Part shown: positions 19,741 through 31,445 of the stretch, one piece after another
Numbering within the stretch: the stretch's first letter is position 1
How the letters are laid out: every line of letters starts with the position of its first letter
Origin: Bacteroidota bacterium
GTDB lineage: Bacteria > Bacteroidota > Bacteroidia > UBA4408
DNA: 64,000 bases
Reading direction: 5' to 3'
NCBI GenBank assembly: GCA_040385525.1
Contig: JAZKHE010000002.1
Span: 855,200 to 919,199 of the forward strand
The notes under the pieces: generated by a model
The model's input: only the letters and a program-made list of their open reading frames with translations
What the model was told of the DNA's origin: nothing
The model's database searches: none
Made by a program: the position numbers and the translations under genes

Positions 19741-19790
19741 AGGTTTAGACCTCATTCCGACCAAAAGTTGGGAGAGGTCTTTACCTATTT
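19741..19790 (+). terminator. Partial terminator/attenuator hairpin between rplL and rpoB
   Basis: AGACCTC...GAGGTCT inverted repeat followed by TTTACCTATTTTT. The classical rplL-rpoB attenuator position. Confidence 0.5.
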
Positions 19791-19834
19791 TTAATTTAGC
19801 ATAAAAAAGTTTATTCACTTAAAAACCTTTTACA

Positions 19835-22800
19835 TTGGCAACAACAACTGACATAAGAACAGCACCGAGAATTGATTTCTCGAGCAACAAAAATAGAATC
19901 CCTTATCCGGATTTTTTGGATATTCAATTGAAATCTTTCCAAGATTTTTTTCAATTAGAAACAACTCCAGAAAATCGTCAGGACGAAGGACTTTTTAAAG
20001 TATTTGCAGAAAATTTCCCAATTTCTGATGCAAGAAATAACTTCGTATTAGAATTTCTTGACTACTTTGTAGATCCTCCACGTTACACTATTAACGAGTG
20101 TATTGAAAGAGGCTTAACTTATAGCGTTCCGCTAAAAGCTAAGTTAAAATTATATTGTACAGATCCAGAACACGAAGATTTTGAAACTATCATTCAGGAT
20201 GTTTATTTAGGAACTATTCCTTATATGACTCCAAAAGGTACTTTCGTTATCAACGGAGCTGAACGTGTTATTGTATCTCAATTACACCGTTCTCCAGGAG
20301 TGTTCTTCGGACAAACGCGCCATGCAAATGGTACAAAACTTTACTCTGCAAGAGTTATTCCTTTTAAAGGTTCTTGGATTGAGTTCTCAACCGACATTAA
20401 TAATGTGATGTATGCTTACATCGATCGTAAGAAAAAACTTCCGGTTACTACATTGTTACGTGCTATTGGTTTTGAAAGCGATAAAGATATCTTAGAAATA
20501 TTTAATCTTGCTGATGAGTTTAAAGTAACTAAAACCGGTATTAAAAGTGCTGAAGGTCGTAAATTAGCTGCTCGTGTATTACGTACATGGGTTGAAGATT
20601 TTGTGGATGAGGATACTGGCGAGGTAGTTTCTATTGAGCGTAACGAGGTTTTAATTGACCGCGAAACGATTTTAGAGAAACAACACCTTGATCTTATCGT
20701 TGATAATGACATTAAAACTATTATATTACATAGAGAAGATGTAAATACTGCAGATTACTCTATTATTTATAACACTTTACAAAAAGATACTTCTAACTCA
20801 GAAAAAGAAGCAGTTGAGCATATCTACCGTCAGTTGAGAAATGCTGAACCACCTGATGAAGAAACAGCTAGAGGTATTATCGACAAATTATTCTTCTCTG
20901 ACAAACGTTATGATTTAGGAGAAGTAGGTCGTTTCCGTATTAATAAAAAATTACGTTTGGATATTGCTGAAGATACTAAAGTATTAACCAAACAAGATAT
21001 CATCGAGATCATTAAATTCTTAATTGAATTAATCAACTCAAAAGCTGAGGTGGATGATATCGATCACTTAAGTAACCGTCGTGTACGTACAGTAGGCGAG
21101 CAATTATATGCTCAGTTTGGTGTAGGTTTAGCACGTATGGCTCGTACTATTCGTGAGCGTATGAACGTTCGTGATAACGAGGTATTTACTCCAACAGACT
21201 TGATTAATGCTAAAACATTATCATCTGTAATCAACTCTTTCTTTGGTACAAACCAGTTATCTCAATTTATGGATCAAACCAATCCATTAGCTGAGATTAC
21301 GCACAAGCGTCGTTTATCGGCACTAGGGCCAGGTGGTTTATCTCGTGAGCGTGCAGGTTTTGAGGTACGTGACGTTCACTACACTCACTACGGACGTTTA
21401 TGTACTATTGAAACGCCAGAGGGACCAAACATTGGTTTGATTTCTTCACTTTGTGTTTATGCTAAAGTAAATAAATTAGGTTTTATAGAAACGCCTTACC
21501 GTACTATTAAAGGTGGTAGAGTAGAAACAGAAAAAGCGCCAATTTATTTAACAGCAGAACAAGAAGATGGAAAAACAATAGCGCAAGCTGTTGCTGATAT
21601 TGATGAAAAAGGAAACTTTAAATCAGGAAAAATTAAATCTCGTTTTGAAGGTGACTTCCCTGTACTTGAGCCAGAAAAGGTTGAGTTAATGGACGTTGCT
21701 CCAAATCAAATTGCATCTATTGCTGCATCATTAATTCCATTCTTGGAGCATGATGATGCCAACCGTGCATTGATGGGATCAAACATGCAGCGTCAAGCTG
21801 TGCCATTGTTGCGCCCTGAGGCTCCAATTGTTGGTACAGGCTTAGAAGCTTCTGTTGCTAAAGATTCAAGAGTTTTAATTAATGCTGAAGGCGAAGGTAT
21901 TGTTGAGTATGTTGATGCAGATCAAATAGTTATTCGTTACAACCGTACTGATCGCGATAGATTGGTAAGTTTTGATGATGACACTAAAACATACAATCTA
22001 ATTAAATTTAGAAAAACCAACCAAAGTACTTGTATCAACTTGAAACCAATTGTTAAAAAAGGCGATAAAGTTGTTAAAGGACAAGTATTGAGCGAAGGTT
22101 ACGCTACACAAAACGGAGAGTTAGCATTAGGTCGTAACTTAAAAGTGGCATTTATGCCATGGAAAGGTTACAACTTTGAGGATGCTATCGTAATTTCTGA
22201 ACGTGTTGCTCGCGAAGATATATTTACTTCATTACACATTGATGAGTATTCGTTAGAAGTTAGAGACACAAAACGTGGTTTAGAAGAGTTAACATCTGAT
22301 ATTCCTAACGTAAGTGAAGAAGCTACTAAAGATTTAGATGCTAACGGATTAATCCGCATTGGTGCTGAAGTAAAAGAAGGAGATATTTTAATTGGAAAAA
22401 TTACACCAAAAGGTGAAACAGATCCATCTCCAGAAGAAAAATTATTACGCGCAATTTTTGGTGATAAAGCAGGTGATGTTAAAGATGCATCGCTTAAAGC
22501 GCCACCATCATTACGCGGTGTAGTAATCGATAAAAAATTATTCTCAAGAGTAATTAAAGATAGAAAAACTAAAGCTGACGAAAAACCATTAGTAGCTCGT
22601 TTAGATGAAGAACATTCTAAAGAAGATGCTGACTTAAAAACTAAATTAGTTGATAAGTTAATGGCTTTGTTAAACGGAAAAACATCTGCTGGTGTTGCCG
22701 ATAACTTTAAAGAAATGGTTATCAGCAAAGGAAGCAAGTTTACTCCTAAAGCATTGTTTGGAATCGATTATCACAACATTAATCCAAATCATTGGACTAC

Positions 22801-23653
22801 TGATGCTGAAACAAACGAATCTATCCGTACATTAATTCACAATTACAATATTAAAGCTAACGACTTGTTAGGAGCATTTAAACGTAAAAAGTTTGCTTTA
22901 ACAGTTGGTGATGAACTACCAGTAGGTATTATTCAATTAGCTAAAATTTATATTGCTAAAAAACGTAAATTAAAAGTAGGTGATAAAATGGCGGGTCGTC
23001 ACGGTAACAAAGGTATTGTTGCTCGTATCGTTCGCGATGAGGATATGCCATTCTTAGAAGATGGAACTCCAGTCGATATCGTTTTAAATCCATTAGGTGT
23101 ACCTTCTCGTATGAACTTAGGACAGATTTACGAAACTGTGTTAGGTTGGGCAGGACAAAAATTAGGTAAGAAATTCTCTACACCAATTTTTGACGGTGCT
23201 TCTATTGACGACATTAATAAATATACTGACGAAGCAGGTATACCTCGCTTTGGAAGAACATTCTTAATTGATGGTGGAACAGGTGAAAGATTTGACCAAC
23301 CAGCAACTGTAGGTGTAATTTATATGTTGAAATTAGGACACATGGTTGATGATAAAATGCACGCACGTTCTATCGGGCCATACTCTCTTATTACACAACA
23401 ACCATTGGGTGGTAAAGCTCAATTTGGTGGTCAGCGTTTTGGTGAGATGGAGGTTTGGGCAATCGAAGCATTTGGTGCAGCAAACATCTTACAGGAAATT
23501 TTAACCATTAAGTCTGATGATGTTGTTGGTCGTGCAAAAGCTTATGAAGCAATTGTAAAAGGCGACAACTTGCCACAGCCTGGTATTCCTGAATCGTTCA
23601 ACGTATTGTTGCACGAGTTAAGAGGATTGTGCTTAAACATTGAAATGGAATAA
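19835..23653 (+). CDS. rpoB: DNA-directed RNA polymerase subunit beta
   Basis: 1272 aa with conserved beta-subunit blocks. The track start is a TTG. No in-frame ATG lies nearby, so the exact start is uncertain. Confidence 0.97.
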   Translation: MATTTDIRTAPRIDFSSNKNRIPYPDFLDIQLKSFQDFFQLETTPENRQDEGLFKVFAENFPISDARNNFVLEFLDYFVDPPRYTINECIERGLTYSVPLKAKLKLYCTDPEHEDFETIIQDVYLGTIPYMTPKGTFVINGAERVIVSQLHRSPGVFFGQTRHANGTKLYSARVIPFKGSWIEFSTDINNVMYAYIDRKKKLPVTTLLRAIGFESDKDILEIFNLADEFKVTKTGIKSAEGRKLAARVLRTWVEDFVDEDTGEVVSIERNEVLIDRETILEKQHLDLIVDNDIKTIILHREDVNTADYSIIYNTLQKDTSNSEKEAVEHIYRQLRNAEPPDEETARGIIDKLFFSDKRYDLGEVGRFRINKKLRLDIAEDTKVLTKQDIIEIIKFLIELINSKAEVDDIDHLSNRRVRTVGEQLYAQFGVGLARMARTIRERMNVRDNEVFTPTDLINAKTLSSVINSFFGTNQLSQFMDQTNPLAEITHKRRLSALGPGGLSRERAGFEVRDVHYTHYGRLCTIETPEGPNIGLISSLCVYAKVNKLGFIETPYRTIKGGRVETEKAPIYLTAEQEDGKTIAQAVADIDEKGNFKSGKIKSRFEGDFPVLEPEKVELMDVAPNQIASIAASLIPFLEHDDANRALMGSNMQRQAVPLLRPEAPIVGTGLEASVAKDSRVLINAEGEGIVEYVDADQIVIRYNRTDRDRLVSFDDDTKTYNLIKFRKTNQSTCINLKPIVKKGDKVVKGQVLSEGYATQNGELALGRNLKVAFMPWKGYNFEDAIVISERVAREDIFTSLHIDEYSLEVRDTKRGLEELTSDIPNVSEEATKDLDANGLIRIGAEVKEGDILIGKITPKGETDPSPEEKLLRAIFGDKAGDVKDASLKAPPSLRGVVIDKKLFSRVIKDRKTKADEKPLVARLDEEHSKEDADLKTKLVDKLMALLNGKTSAGVADNFKEMVISKGSKFTPKALFGIDYHNINPNHWTTDAETNESIRTLIHNYNIKANDLLGAFKRKKFALTVGDELPVGIIQLAKIYIAKKRKLKVGDKMAGRHGNKGIVARIVRDEDMPFLEDGTPVDIVLNPLGVPSRMNLGQIYETVLGWAGQKLGKKFSTPIFDGASIDDINKYTDEAGIPRFGRTFLIDGGTGERFDQPATVGVIYMLKLGHMVDDKMHARSIGPYSLITQQPLGGKAQFGGQRFGEMEVWAIEAFGAANILQEILTIKSDDVVGRAKAYEAIVKGDNLPQPGIPESFNVLLHELRGLCLNIEME

Positions 23654-23719
23654 TTTTTTGATTTTAGAAGTCCGCATTTCGGTGCGGGCTTTGTTATAAC
23701 AATTAATACAACGAAAAAA

Positions 23720-26700
23720 ATGGCTTTCAAAAAAGATAATAAAGTAAAAAGTAATTTTACAAAGATTACTATCAGCTTAGCTTCGCCTGAATCGATACTT
23801 GATCGTTCGAGTGGTGAGGTCTTGAAGCCTGAAACCATCAACTATAGAACCTACAAACCAGAAATGGGAGGTTTATTTTGCGAACGTATATTCGGTCCGG
23901 TAAAAGACTGGGAATGTGCTTGTGGAAAATACAAAAGAATCCGTTACAAAGGTATTGTTTGCGACAGATGTGGAGTTGAAGTTACAGAGAAAAAAGTTAG
24001 AAGAGAACGTACAGGACACATTCAATTAGTGGTTCCTGTTGCGCATATCTGGTATTTCCGTTCATTACCAAATAAAATTGGTTATTTATTGGGCTTACCA
24101 ACTAAAAAATTAGATGCAATTATTTACTACGAGCGTTACGTTGTTATTCAAGCTGGTTTAAAAGCTGAAGACGGTGTTAATTACTTAGATTTTCTTTCGG
24201 AAGAAGAGTATTTAAATATTCTTGAAACGTTACCAAAAGAAAATCAATTGCTTGATGAGGCAGATCCAAACAAGTTTATCGCTAAAATGGGTGCTGAAGC
24301 ATTAAACGATTTATTAGCTCGTTTAAATTTAGATGAATTATCGTTCTCTTTGCGTCATAAAGCAAATACAGAAACATCTCAACAACGTAAAACTGAAGCT
24401 TTAAAACGCTTACAGGTTGTAGAAAGTTTCCGTAATGCAAACACAAGAATTGTAAATCGTCCGGAGTGGATGATTGTTAAAGTTGTACCGGTTATTCCAC
24501 CAGAATTACGTCCGTTAGTTCCTTTGGATGGAGGTCGTTTTGCGACTTCGGATTTGAACGATTTATATCGTCGTGTTATTATCCGTAACAATCGTTTAAA
24601 ACGATTAATTGAAATTAAAGCACCCGAAGTAATTTTACGTAACGAAAAACGTATGTTACAAGAGTCTGTAGATTCATTGTTCGATAACTCACGTAAATCT
24701 AACGCGGTTAAAACTGAATCAAACAGAGCTTTAAAATCTTTATCAGATTCATTAAAAGGTAAACAAGGGCGTTTCCGTCAAAATTTATTAGGTAAACGTG
24801 TAGATTACTCTGCTCGTTCGGTAATTGTTGTAGGTCCTGAGTTTAAATTACACGAGTGCGGTATTCCAAAAGATATGGCAGCGGAGTTATTTAAACCGTT
24901 TATTATCCGCAAAATGATTGAGCGTGGTGTTGTAAAAACCGTTAAATCTGCTAAAAAAATTGTAGATAGAAAAGACGCTATTGTTTGGGATATTTTAGAA
25001 AACGTTTTAAAAGGTCATCCAATATTATTAAATCGTGCCCCAACTTTGCACAGATTAGGTATTCAGGCTTTTCAACCAAAATTAATCGAGGGTAAAGCAA
25101 TTCAGTTACACCCATTAGTGTGTACTGCATTTAATGCCGATTTTGATGGTGATCAAATGGCGGTTCACGTTCCACTAGGGCATGCAGCTGTGTTAGAGGC
25201 ACAAATGTTAATGTTGGCTTCTCACAATATCTTAAACCCTGCTAACGGTGCACCGGTAACGGTTCCATCGCAAGACATGGTTCTTGGATTGTACTACATG
25301 ACTAAAGGCCGTAAGTCTGATGAAACTCGTAAAATGCAAGCAGAAGGCAGAGCTTTCTATTCGTTTGAAGAGGTAAACATTGCATTTAACGAGAAACGTG
25401 CCGATTTAAATTCATTTATTCGTGTTAGAGCGAACGTAAAAGAAAACGGACAAATAGTTACTAAACTTATTGAAACTACTGTTGGTAGAGTATTATTTAA
25501 CCAAGTAGTTCCAGAAGAAGTTGGATATATCAACGAATTATTAACTAAAAAATCGTTACGCGATATTATTGGTAATATTTTAAAAGAAGCTGGCGTTCCT
25601 AAAACTGCTAAGTTCCTTGATGATATTAAAGACTTAGGATTTAAAATGGCGTTTAAAGGCGGTTTATCGTTTAACTTAGGCGACATTATTGTTCCGGTTG
25701 AAAAAGATAAAATGATTGCTGAGGCTAATACTCAAGTTGAAGAAGTGAAAAACAACTACAACATGGGTTTTATTACCAACAACGAACGTTACAATCAAAT
25801 TATTGATATTTGGACACACACCAACGCACGTTTAACTAAACGTGTAATGGATCAATTGATTTCGGATAACCAAGGATTTAACTCTGTTTACATGATGTTG
25901 GATTCTGGAGCTCGTGGATCGAAAGAGCAAATTAAACAGTTGGGTGGTATGAGAGGTTTGATGGCGAAACCACAAAAATCAGGTTCGTCTGGTGGGGAGA
26001 TTATCGAAAATCCAATTATCTCTAACTTTAAAGAAGGTTTATCAATTCTAGAGTATTTTATTTCTACTCACGGTGCTCGTAAAGGTTTGGCCGATACAGC
26101 TCTTAAAACTGCCGATGCGGGTTACTTAACTCGTCGTTTGGTGGATGTGGCTCAAGATGTAATTATTACTAAAGAAGATTGTGGTACATTAAGAGGTTTA
26201 ATGGCTTCTGCACTTAAAAATGGTGAAGAAATTGTTGAATCGTTATACGATAGAATGTTAGGTCGTACTGCTGTTCATGATGTATTTAACCCTTTAACAA
26301 ACGAAAAATTAGCTGAATCTGGTGAAGAAATTACAGAAGATATTGCAAAAGCAATTGCTGCATCTCCACTAGAGCAAGTAGAAATTCGTTCAGTATTAAC
26401 TTGCGAATCTAAAAATGGTGTTTGTGCTAAATGCTACGGACGTAATTTGGCTTCTGCAAGAATGGTACAAAAAGGTGAAGCTGTTGGTGTTATTGCTGCT
26501 CAATCAATTGGTGAGCCAGGTACACAGCTTACATTGCGTACTTTCCACGTAGGTGGTACAGCTTCTAAAATTGCTTCAGAATCAAATATCATTGCAAAAT
26601 ACGATGGTATTTTAGAAATGGAAGAATTAAGAACTGTTGAAAAAGTTGATGCTGAAGGTGGAAAAGTAAATGTGGTTATTGGTCGTTCGGGCGAGTTGCG

Positions 26701-28012
26701 TTTAATTGACGCTAACACACGTAACGTATTAACTACTGCAAACATTCCTTACGGTTCTAATTTATACTTTAAAAATGGTGCAAAAGTTAAAGCAGGTTCA
26801 TTAATCTGCGACTGGGATCCATATAACGCGGTTATCTTATCGGAGTTAGCAGGTATTATTGAATTCGAAAGCTTAGACGAAAACGTTACTTACCGCGAGG
26901 AAAGTGATGAGCAAACAGGCTTTAAAGAAAAAGTAGTAATTGAAACTCGTGATAAAACTAAAAACCCGTCTATTAAAGTAGTAGATAAAAAAGGTGAAGT
27001 TTTAAAAACATACAACATTCCGGTGGGTGCGCACATTACAGTAAATAATGGCGACAAAATCGAAACAGGTCAGATTTTAGTTAAAATACCTCGTTCAACT
27101 GGTCGTTCAGGCGATATCACAGGTGGTTTACCACGTGTAACTGAGTTGTTTGAGGCTCGTAATCCATCTAACCCAGCTGTTGTTACAGAAATTGACGGTA
27201 TTGTTTCTTTCGGTAAAATTAAGCGTGGTAATAGAGAGATTATTATTGAAGCTAAAACAGGCGAAATTAAAAAATACTTGGTGCCATTATCTAAACACAT
27301 TTTAGTGCAAGAAAATGACTTTGTACGTGCTGGTTTTGCTTTATCTGATGGTTCAATAACTCCAGATGATATTTTATCTATTAAAGGACCAACTGCTGTT
27401 CAAGAGTATTTAGTAAACGAAGTACAAGAGGTTTACCGTTTGCAAGGTGTGAAAATTAACGATAAACACTTTGAGGTAATTGTACGTCAAATGATGCGTA
27501 AAGTACAAATTGACGATCCAGGTGATACTAAATTCTTAGAAAAACAATTGGCTAACAAAATCGACTTTATGGAAGAAAACGATACGCTTTACGGAAAAGT
27601 GTATGTTGTAAATCCAGGCGATTCTGATAGCTTAAAAGCTGGTCAGTTAGTATCTGCACGCCGTTTAAGAGACGAAAACTCAATGTTAAAACGTAAAGAC
27701 ATGAAGTTAGTTGAGGCTCGTGAGGCAATTCCTGCAACATCTACACAAATATTGCAAGGTATTACTCGTGCTTCGTTACAAACTAATAGCTTTATTAGTG
27801 CTGCATCGTTCCAAGAAACTACAAAAGTATTGAACGAAGCTGCAGTTAGCGGAAAAGTTGACGAATTAAAAGGCTTAAAAGAAAACGTAATTGTAGGTCA
27901 CTTAATTCCTGCGGGAACTGGTTTACGTAGCTACGAAAAAACAATTGTAGGTTCGCAAGAAGAATACGATTTGTTAATGAGTACAAAACGTGAAAAAGCT
28001 CGTGTAGAATAA
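23720..28012 (+). CDS. rpoC: DNA-directed RNA polymerase subunit beta'
   Basis: 1430 aa. Zn-binding CxxC motifs. NADFDGD catalytic loop. Confidence 0.98.
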   Translation: MAFKKDNKVKSNFTKITISLASPESILDRSSGEVLKPETINYRTYKPEMGGLFCERIFGPVKDWECACGKYKRIRYKGIVCDRCGVEVTEKKVRRERTGHIQLVVPVAHIWYFRSLPNKIGYLLGLPTKKLDAIIYYERYVVIQAGLKAEDGVNYLDFLSEEEYLNILETLPKENQLLDEADPNKFIAKMGAEALNDLLARLNLDELSFSLRHKANTETSQQRKTEALKRLQVVESFRNANTRIVNRPEWMIVKVVPVIPPELRPLVPLDGGRFATSDLNDLYRRVIIRNNRLKRLIEIKAPEVILRNEKRMLQESVDSLFDNSRKSNAVKTESNRALKSLSDSLKGKQGRFRQNLLGKRVDYSARSVIVVGPEFKLHECGIPKDMAAELFKPFIIRKMIERGVVKTVKSAKKIVDRKDAIVWDILENVLKGHPILLNRAPTLHRLGIQAFQPKLIEGKAIQLHPLVCTAFNADFDGDQMAVHVPLGHAAVLEAQMLMLASHNILNPANGAPVTVPSQDMVLGLYYMTKGRKSDETRKMQAEGRAFYSFEEVNIAFNEKRADLNSFIRVRANVKENGQIVTKLIETTVGRVLFNQVVPEEVGYINELLTKKSLRDIIGNILKEAGVPKTAKFLDDIKDLGFKMAFKGGLSFNLGDIIVPVEKDKMIAEANTQVEEVKNNYNMGFITNNERYNQIIDIWTHTNARLTKRVMDQLISDNQGFNSVYMMLDSGARGSKEQIKQLGGMRGLMAKPQKSGSSGGEIIENPIISNFKEGLSILEYFISTHGARKGLADTALKTADAGYLTRRLVDVAQDVIITKEDCGTLRGLMASALKNGEEIVESLYDRMLGRTAVHDVFNPLTNEKLAESGEEITEDIAKAIAASPLEQVEIRSVLTCESKNGVCAKCYGRNLASARMVQKGEAVGVIAAQSIGEPGTQLTLRTFHVGGTASKIASESNIIAKYDGILEMEELRTVEKVDAEGGKVNVVIGRSGELRLIDANTRNVLTTANIPYGSNLYFKNGAKVKAGSLICDWDPYNAVILSELAGIIEFESLDENVTYREESDEQTGFKEKVVIETRDKTKNPSIKVVDKKGEVLKTYNIPVGAHITVNNGDKIETGQILVKIPRSTGRSGDITGGLPRVTELFEARNPSNPAVVTEIDGIVSFGKIKRGNREIIIEAKTGEIKKYLVPLSKHILVQENDFVRAGFALSDGSITPDDILSIKGPTAVQEYLVNEVQEVYRLQGVKINDKHFEVIVRQMMRKVQIDDPGDTKFLEKQLANKIDFMEENDTLYGKVYVVNPGDSDSLKAGQLVSARRLRDENSMLKRKDMKLVEAREAIPATSTQILQGITRASLQTNSFISAASFQETTKVLNEAAVSGKVDELKGLKENVIVGHLIPAGTGLRSYEKTIVGSQEEYDLLMSTKREKARVE

Positions 28013-28034
28013 TTCTTACAAAAGCAATACATAA

Positions 28035-28068
28035 AAAAAACGCTCTCGATTTCGGGGGCGTTTTTTTG
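28035..28068 (+). terminator. Rho-independent terminator after rpoC
   Basis: AAAACGCUCUCGA-UU-UCGGGGGCGUUUU hairpin (with G:U wobbles) followed by TTTTTTTG. Confidence 0.7.
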
Positions 28069-28074
28069 TTCGTT

Positions 28075-29098
28075 TTAATCTGCGAGGTACGAAGCAGTCT
28101 AACGGATTTGTTGAGTCCATTAGTTTGCCACGTCATACTTCCTTGCAAAGTTTAGCTCTGGATTTTAAATCTGCGTGGTACGAAGCAGTCTAACGGTTTT
28201 GTTACTTCCATTAGTTTGCCACGTCATACTTCCTCGCAAAGTTTAGCGTTGTGTGTTTTAAATCTGCGAGGTACGAAGCAGTCTAATGAGTTCTGTAACG
28301 CCAATTGTTTAAACTTTCTGGACAACCAAGATGCTAAACTACTCCTCTAACGTATCAAATAAATCTAACCATTTAGGATTAAACGATTGAATTAAATCTG
28401 TTTTAGTGTTTCGTGAGCCTGCTTTTAGCTGTTTCTCACGCTTCATAGCTTCTGCAATTCCTTCAAACTGTTCATAATAAACCAATTTGTTTATGTTGTA
28501 TCGTGCTGAAAAACTTGTTGGACGAAATTTAGTTTTGTGTTGGTGTATACGTTGTTTTATACTTGATGTTACTCCAACATATAATACTGTGTTAGATGGG
28601 TTGGTGATAATATAAATATAGCCTCCTTTTTCCATTTTTATTTTTTAAGTCTGTGTATAAATCTGCGAGGTACCTGGCAGTCTAACGGATTTGTTTTGCC
28701 CATTAGTTTACTTCGTCATTCTTCCTCGCAAAGTTTAGCTCTAGATTTTAAATCTGCGTGGTACGTGGCAGTCCAGTGGGTTTTGTTAGGCTCATTAGAT
28801 TGCTTCGTCGTTCCTCCTCGCAAAGTTGAGCTGTATGTAAATCTGCGAGGTACGTGGCAGTCTAACGGATTTTGTTGCACCCATTAGTTTGCCACGTCGT
28901 TCCTCCTCGCAAAGTTTTTTGGTGCTTAAATCTGCGAGGTACGAAGCAGTCCAATGGTTTTGATAGGCTCATTAGTTTGCCACGTCGTTCCTCCTCGCAA
29001 AGTTTGGGTAGTACTTAAATCTGCGAGGTACGAAGCAGTCCAACGGGTTTTGATAGGCTCATTAGATTGCTTCGTCATGCTTCCTCGCAAATTTTGTT
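28075..29098. repeat. Tandem array of eight ~88-92-bp palindromic (hairpin-forming) repeat units; unit 3 is truncated by the GIY-YIG gene
   Basis: Approximate unit starts: 28076, 28166, 28257 (truncated after ~35 bp), 28658, 28747, 28838, 28927, 29015. Consensus TAAATCTGCGAGGTACGAAGCAGTCTAACGGNTTTGTT(N6-9)CATTAGTTTGCCACGTCNTNCTTCCTCGCAAAGTTT. Every unit carries terminal inverted repeats CTGCGAGG / CCTCGCAAAG plus an inner ACG(A/T)(A/G)GCA / TGC(T/C)(T/A)CGT inverted-repeat pair. Nearly the whole unit is conserved. There are no unique spacers. Confidence 0.85.
28339..28635 (-). CDS. Small stand-alone GIY-YIG (URI-domain) nuclease family protein
   Basis: 98 aa. GYIYIITNPSNTVLYVGVT is the GIY...YIG motif. 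Conserved R (KQRIHQH) and E (EQFEGIAEAMKREKQLK) residues. Embedded inside the repeat array. Confidence 0.8.
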   Translation of the reverse strand: MEKGGYIYIITNPSNTVLYVGVTSSIKQRIHQHKTKFRPTSFSARYNINKLVYYEQFEGIAEAMKREKQLKAGSRNTKTDLIQSFNPKWLDLFDTLEE

Positions 29099-29440
29099 TT
29101 AACCCACCTTCTTCGTCAGTACAATCATTTCGCTTACTTGTATTTCTAGTGTGTAGCGTTTGTTGCCTTCTTTATCGGTGTAGTTTTTGTTTACTAGTTT
29201 GCCTTCAATAGCAACTTCGCTTCCTTTTTCTAAAAGCTTTTGTGCAGCTTCGGCTTGCTTGCCCCACACTGTAATGTTGTGCCATTGTGTATCTGTTTTA
29301 TAGTTACCGCTTTTGTCTTTAATTGTTTCGTTGGTAGCGAGCGAAAATTTAGCAAAACATTTGTTGTTATCTAACATTTTAAACTCTGGTGTTGCACCTA
29401 AATTACCAATTAATTGTACTTTGTTACGCATTGTGTTCAT
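29099..29440 (-). CDS. ssb: Single-stranded DNA-binding protein, short OB-fold form lacking an acidic C-terminal tail
   Basis: 113 aa. KVQLIGNLGATPE and WHNITVWGKQAE follow the SSB OB-fold pattern. Ends ...IVLTKKVG with no D/E-rich tail. Confidence 0.75.
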   Translation of the reverse strand: MNTMRNKVQLIGNLGATPEFKMLDNNKCFAKFSLATNETIKDKSGNYKTDTQWHNITVWGKQAEAAQKLLEKGSEVAIEGKLVNKNYTDKEGNKRYTLEIQVSEMIVLTKKVG

Positions 29441-29730
29441 GTTACTTAGTTTTAAATTATTAATATTACTTTAGTTAATGTGTAAGAAAATTGTAAAAGC
29501 GCTTTTGTGATTTTCTGACGGTGCAAAGTAACGGCGAGCTAAAAAATTTACTCGGTTTTTACTTGCTTACACTCGATTTTATTCACTTGTAAGTATTTGC
29601 AAACGAATAGTTTATTTATAATGTATTGAAAATGAGTGCTGTTTTGATTTTTAAATTAATTTGTTATATTTACAAAGCAAAAGCGTTTAAAATTTGTAAT
29701 TGCGCTTAGCGACAAGTTAGCAGTAATGCC

Positions 29731-30582
29731 ATGATAAACCATCTTGAAATAATTATTCTTTGTTCTAAGAAAAATATATTCGACTATGTCGACATATTTC
29801 TTGACCCTATTGTAGCTATAATAACCTTTATTTTAGGTATATGGGTTTCAAATTATTTTACAAATAAAAAAGAAAATAAAAAGCTAAGTGACACAATAGA
29901 CTATTTTGACTTATATTATTTAGACCAAAAAAAGTCAATTGATGACCAAATAGAAGCTTTCGGAAAACTAGAAAAAGACTTGGACAATTATATAAATACA
30001 AATGGACTTCCATATCAATATATTCTACAACCATATTCAATTTTAGAAACCATAAATAAAGAGACATTATTAAATGCTTGGACTAAAATTAAAAACAGAG
30101 ACCCAAAAACTCTTATGAATATTCTCAAATTTATTGAATTTATTAAAACTCTATTCACATTTCATCAAGATTATCATAAAGACTTTTTAATTAGACAAAA
30201 TGAGTTACGTAATAAATGGCAAAAAGAGATTAACGAATTCATGGTACTTAAAGGCAAAATGTTAGAATTGCCTAAGGAAGAAATAATCAAGAACATGGTT
30301 CTTTCTGAGTTTAATAATATTTGTAATAATTGGTTGAAACCAGAAAATGTTATCGCATTTAAGGACACTATAAAATATCTTGTTGAACCTGTTATGAATT
30401 TGTATGGACCTATTTATCAAAAAAATCCGGAAGACAAAAAAATCTATGAATTACTTTTGCATGTTCAAAAAATAGACGCAATATATAAAGAATGGACTAG
30501 TGATATCTCTCAGTATAAAGTCGGTTTAAATGGTTCAATACAAAAAGTGACAGCAAAACTTTCTGAACTAAATGAGAAGTGA
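29731..30582 (+). CDS. Hypothetical membrane-anchored protein with no recognisable domain, in a very AT-rich segment
   Basis: 283 aa. One N-terminal TM (IVAIITFILGIWV). The rest is predicted helical/coiled. Local GC is visibly lower than in neighbouring ribosomal genes. Confidence 0.45.
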   Translation: MINHLEIIILCSKKNIFDYVDIFLDPIVAIITFILGIWVSNYFTNKKENKKLSDTIDYFDLYYLDQKKSIDDQIEAFGKLEKDLDNYINTNGLPYQYILQPYSILETINKETLLNAWTKIKNRDPKTLMNILKFIEFIKTLFTFHQDYHKDFLIRQNELRNKWQKEINEFMVLKGKMLELPKEEIIKNMVLSEFNNICNNWLKPENVIAFKDTIKYLVEPVMNLYGPIYQKNPEDKKIYELLLHVQKIDAIYKEWTSDISQYKVGLNGSIQKVTAKLSELNEK

Positions 30583-30803
30583 AACGTTAAGCACTACTGC
30601 TAACTGCAGCTACCCAAAAGGCGGCGTTTCGTGGTTAAATCAAGCTTTGTACTTCTATCAAAGTTTCTGCTTGGTTTACAGTTTAGTGCTTCGAAATCAG
30701 CTGCTTAGCAAATTGCCAACCGTTATACCATTTTAGAGAACCATACACAAATAGACACGCTATATAAATTTTATTCAATGTGAATTTTTTAAATAAATAA
30801 AAA

Positions 30804-31445
30804 ATGAGAATACATACACAAGAAACACAGGCAAGTTTAACGCCACAAAAAGCACTTCAAATTTTAAAAGAAGGCAACAACAGATTTATTAATAATTTAA
30901 AAGCAAACAGAGACTTGTTGGAACAAGCAGGTTATACTGCTGATGGACAGTTTCCATTTGCTGTTATTTTAAGTTGTATAGACAGCCGCACTTCTACTGA
31001 ATTAATTTTTGACCAAGGTTTGGGTGATGTTTTCAGCGTTAGAATTGCAGGAAATATTATTAACGAAGATATTTTAGGTAGTATGGAATTTGCCTGTAAA
31101 GTGGCAGGCTCAAAAATAATAGTTGTGTTAGGACACACAAAATGTGGGGCAGTAAAAGGAGCTTGTGACCACATAGAAATGGGTAATTTAACGGCATTGT
31201 TAAGTAAAATACAACCTGCAGTTTATGACGAAAAAACGGTAACAGAAAATCGAACATCTAAAAATTCAGATTTTGTTGAAAAAGTAGCCGTTATAAATGT
31301 GAAAAGAACAGTACAAGGAATTGTACAACGAAGTCCGATTTTAAAAGAAATGATAGAAAAAGGAGAAATTGGTATTGTTGGAGGCACTCACGACATTGCA
31401 ACAGGAAAAGTAACTTTTTTTGAAACCGAATTTAAAGGCATATAA
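30804..31445 (+). CDS. Beta-class carbonic anhydrase
   Basis: Zinc ligand motifs CIDSR and GHTKCGAV. Confidence 0.85.
   Translation: MRIHTQETQASLTPQKALQILKEGNNRFINNLKANRDLLEQAGYTADGQFPFAVILSCIDSRTSTELIFDQGLGDVFSVRIAGNIINEDILGSMEFACKVAGSKIIVVLGHTKCGAVKGACDHIEMGNLTALLSKIQPAVYDEKTVTENRTSKNSDFVEKVAVINVKRTVQGIVQRSPILKEMIEKGEIGIVGGTHDIATGKVTFFETEFKGI

Noticed and set aside
19420-27300. Minus-strand ORFs inside rplL, rpoB and rpoC (19420..19677, 20416..20712, 22168..22737, 24379..24591, 25357..25686, 26500..26745, 27070..27300)
   Set aside because: Antisense to universally conserved genes. Ser/Thr/Pro-rich composition typical of reverse frames of these genes.
28075-29098. CRISPR array interpretation of the tandem repeats
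   Set aside because: Units are ~90 bp and conserved over nearly their whole length. Only short internal segments vary. There are no repeat/unique-spacer alternations, and no cas genes are nearby.
28696-29211. Plus-strand ORFs 28696..28887 and 28954..29211 (repetitive peptides LIGSLDCFVVPPRKV...)
   Set aside because: They are read through the tandem repeat units. The periodic amino-acid repetition mirrors the DNA repeat, and there is no RBS or homology. Translation artefacts.
30590-30800. Possible structured RNA or degenerate repeat between the orphan gene and the carbonic anhydrase gene (shares AGTGCTTCG / GCAAATT words with 31470-31520)
   Set aside because: Only short, loosely similar words. 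No convincing stem-loops or known RNA motif could be established by eye.
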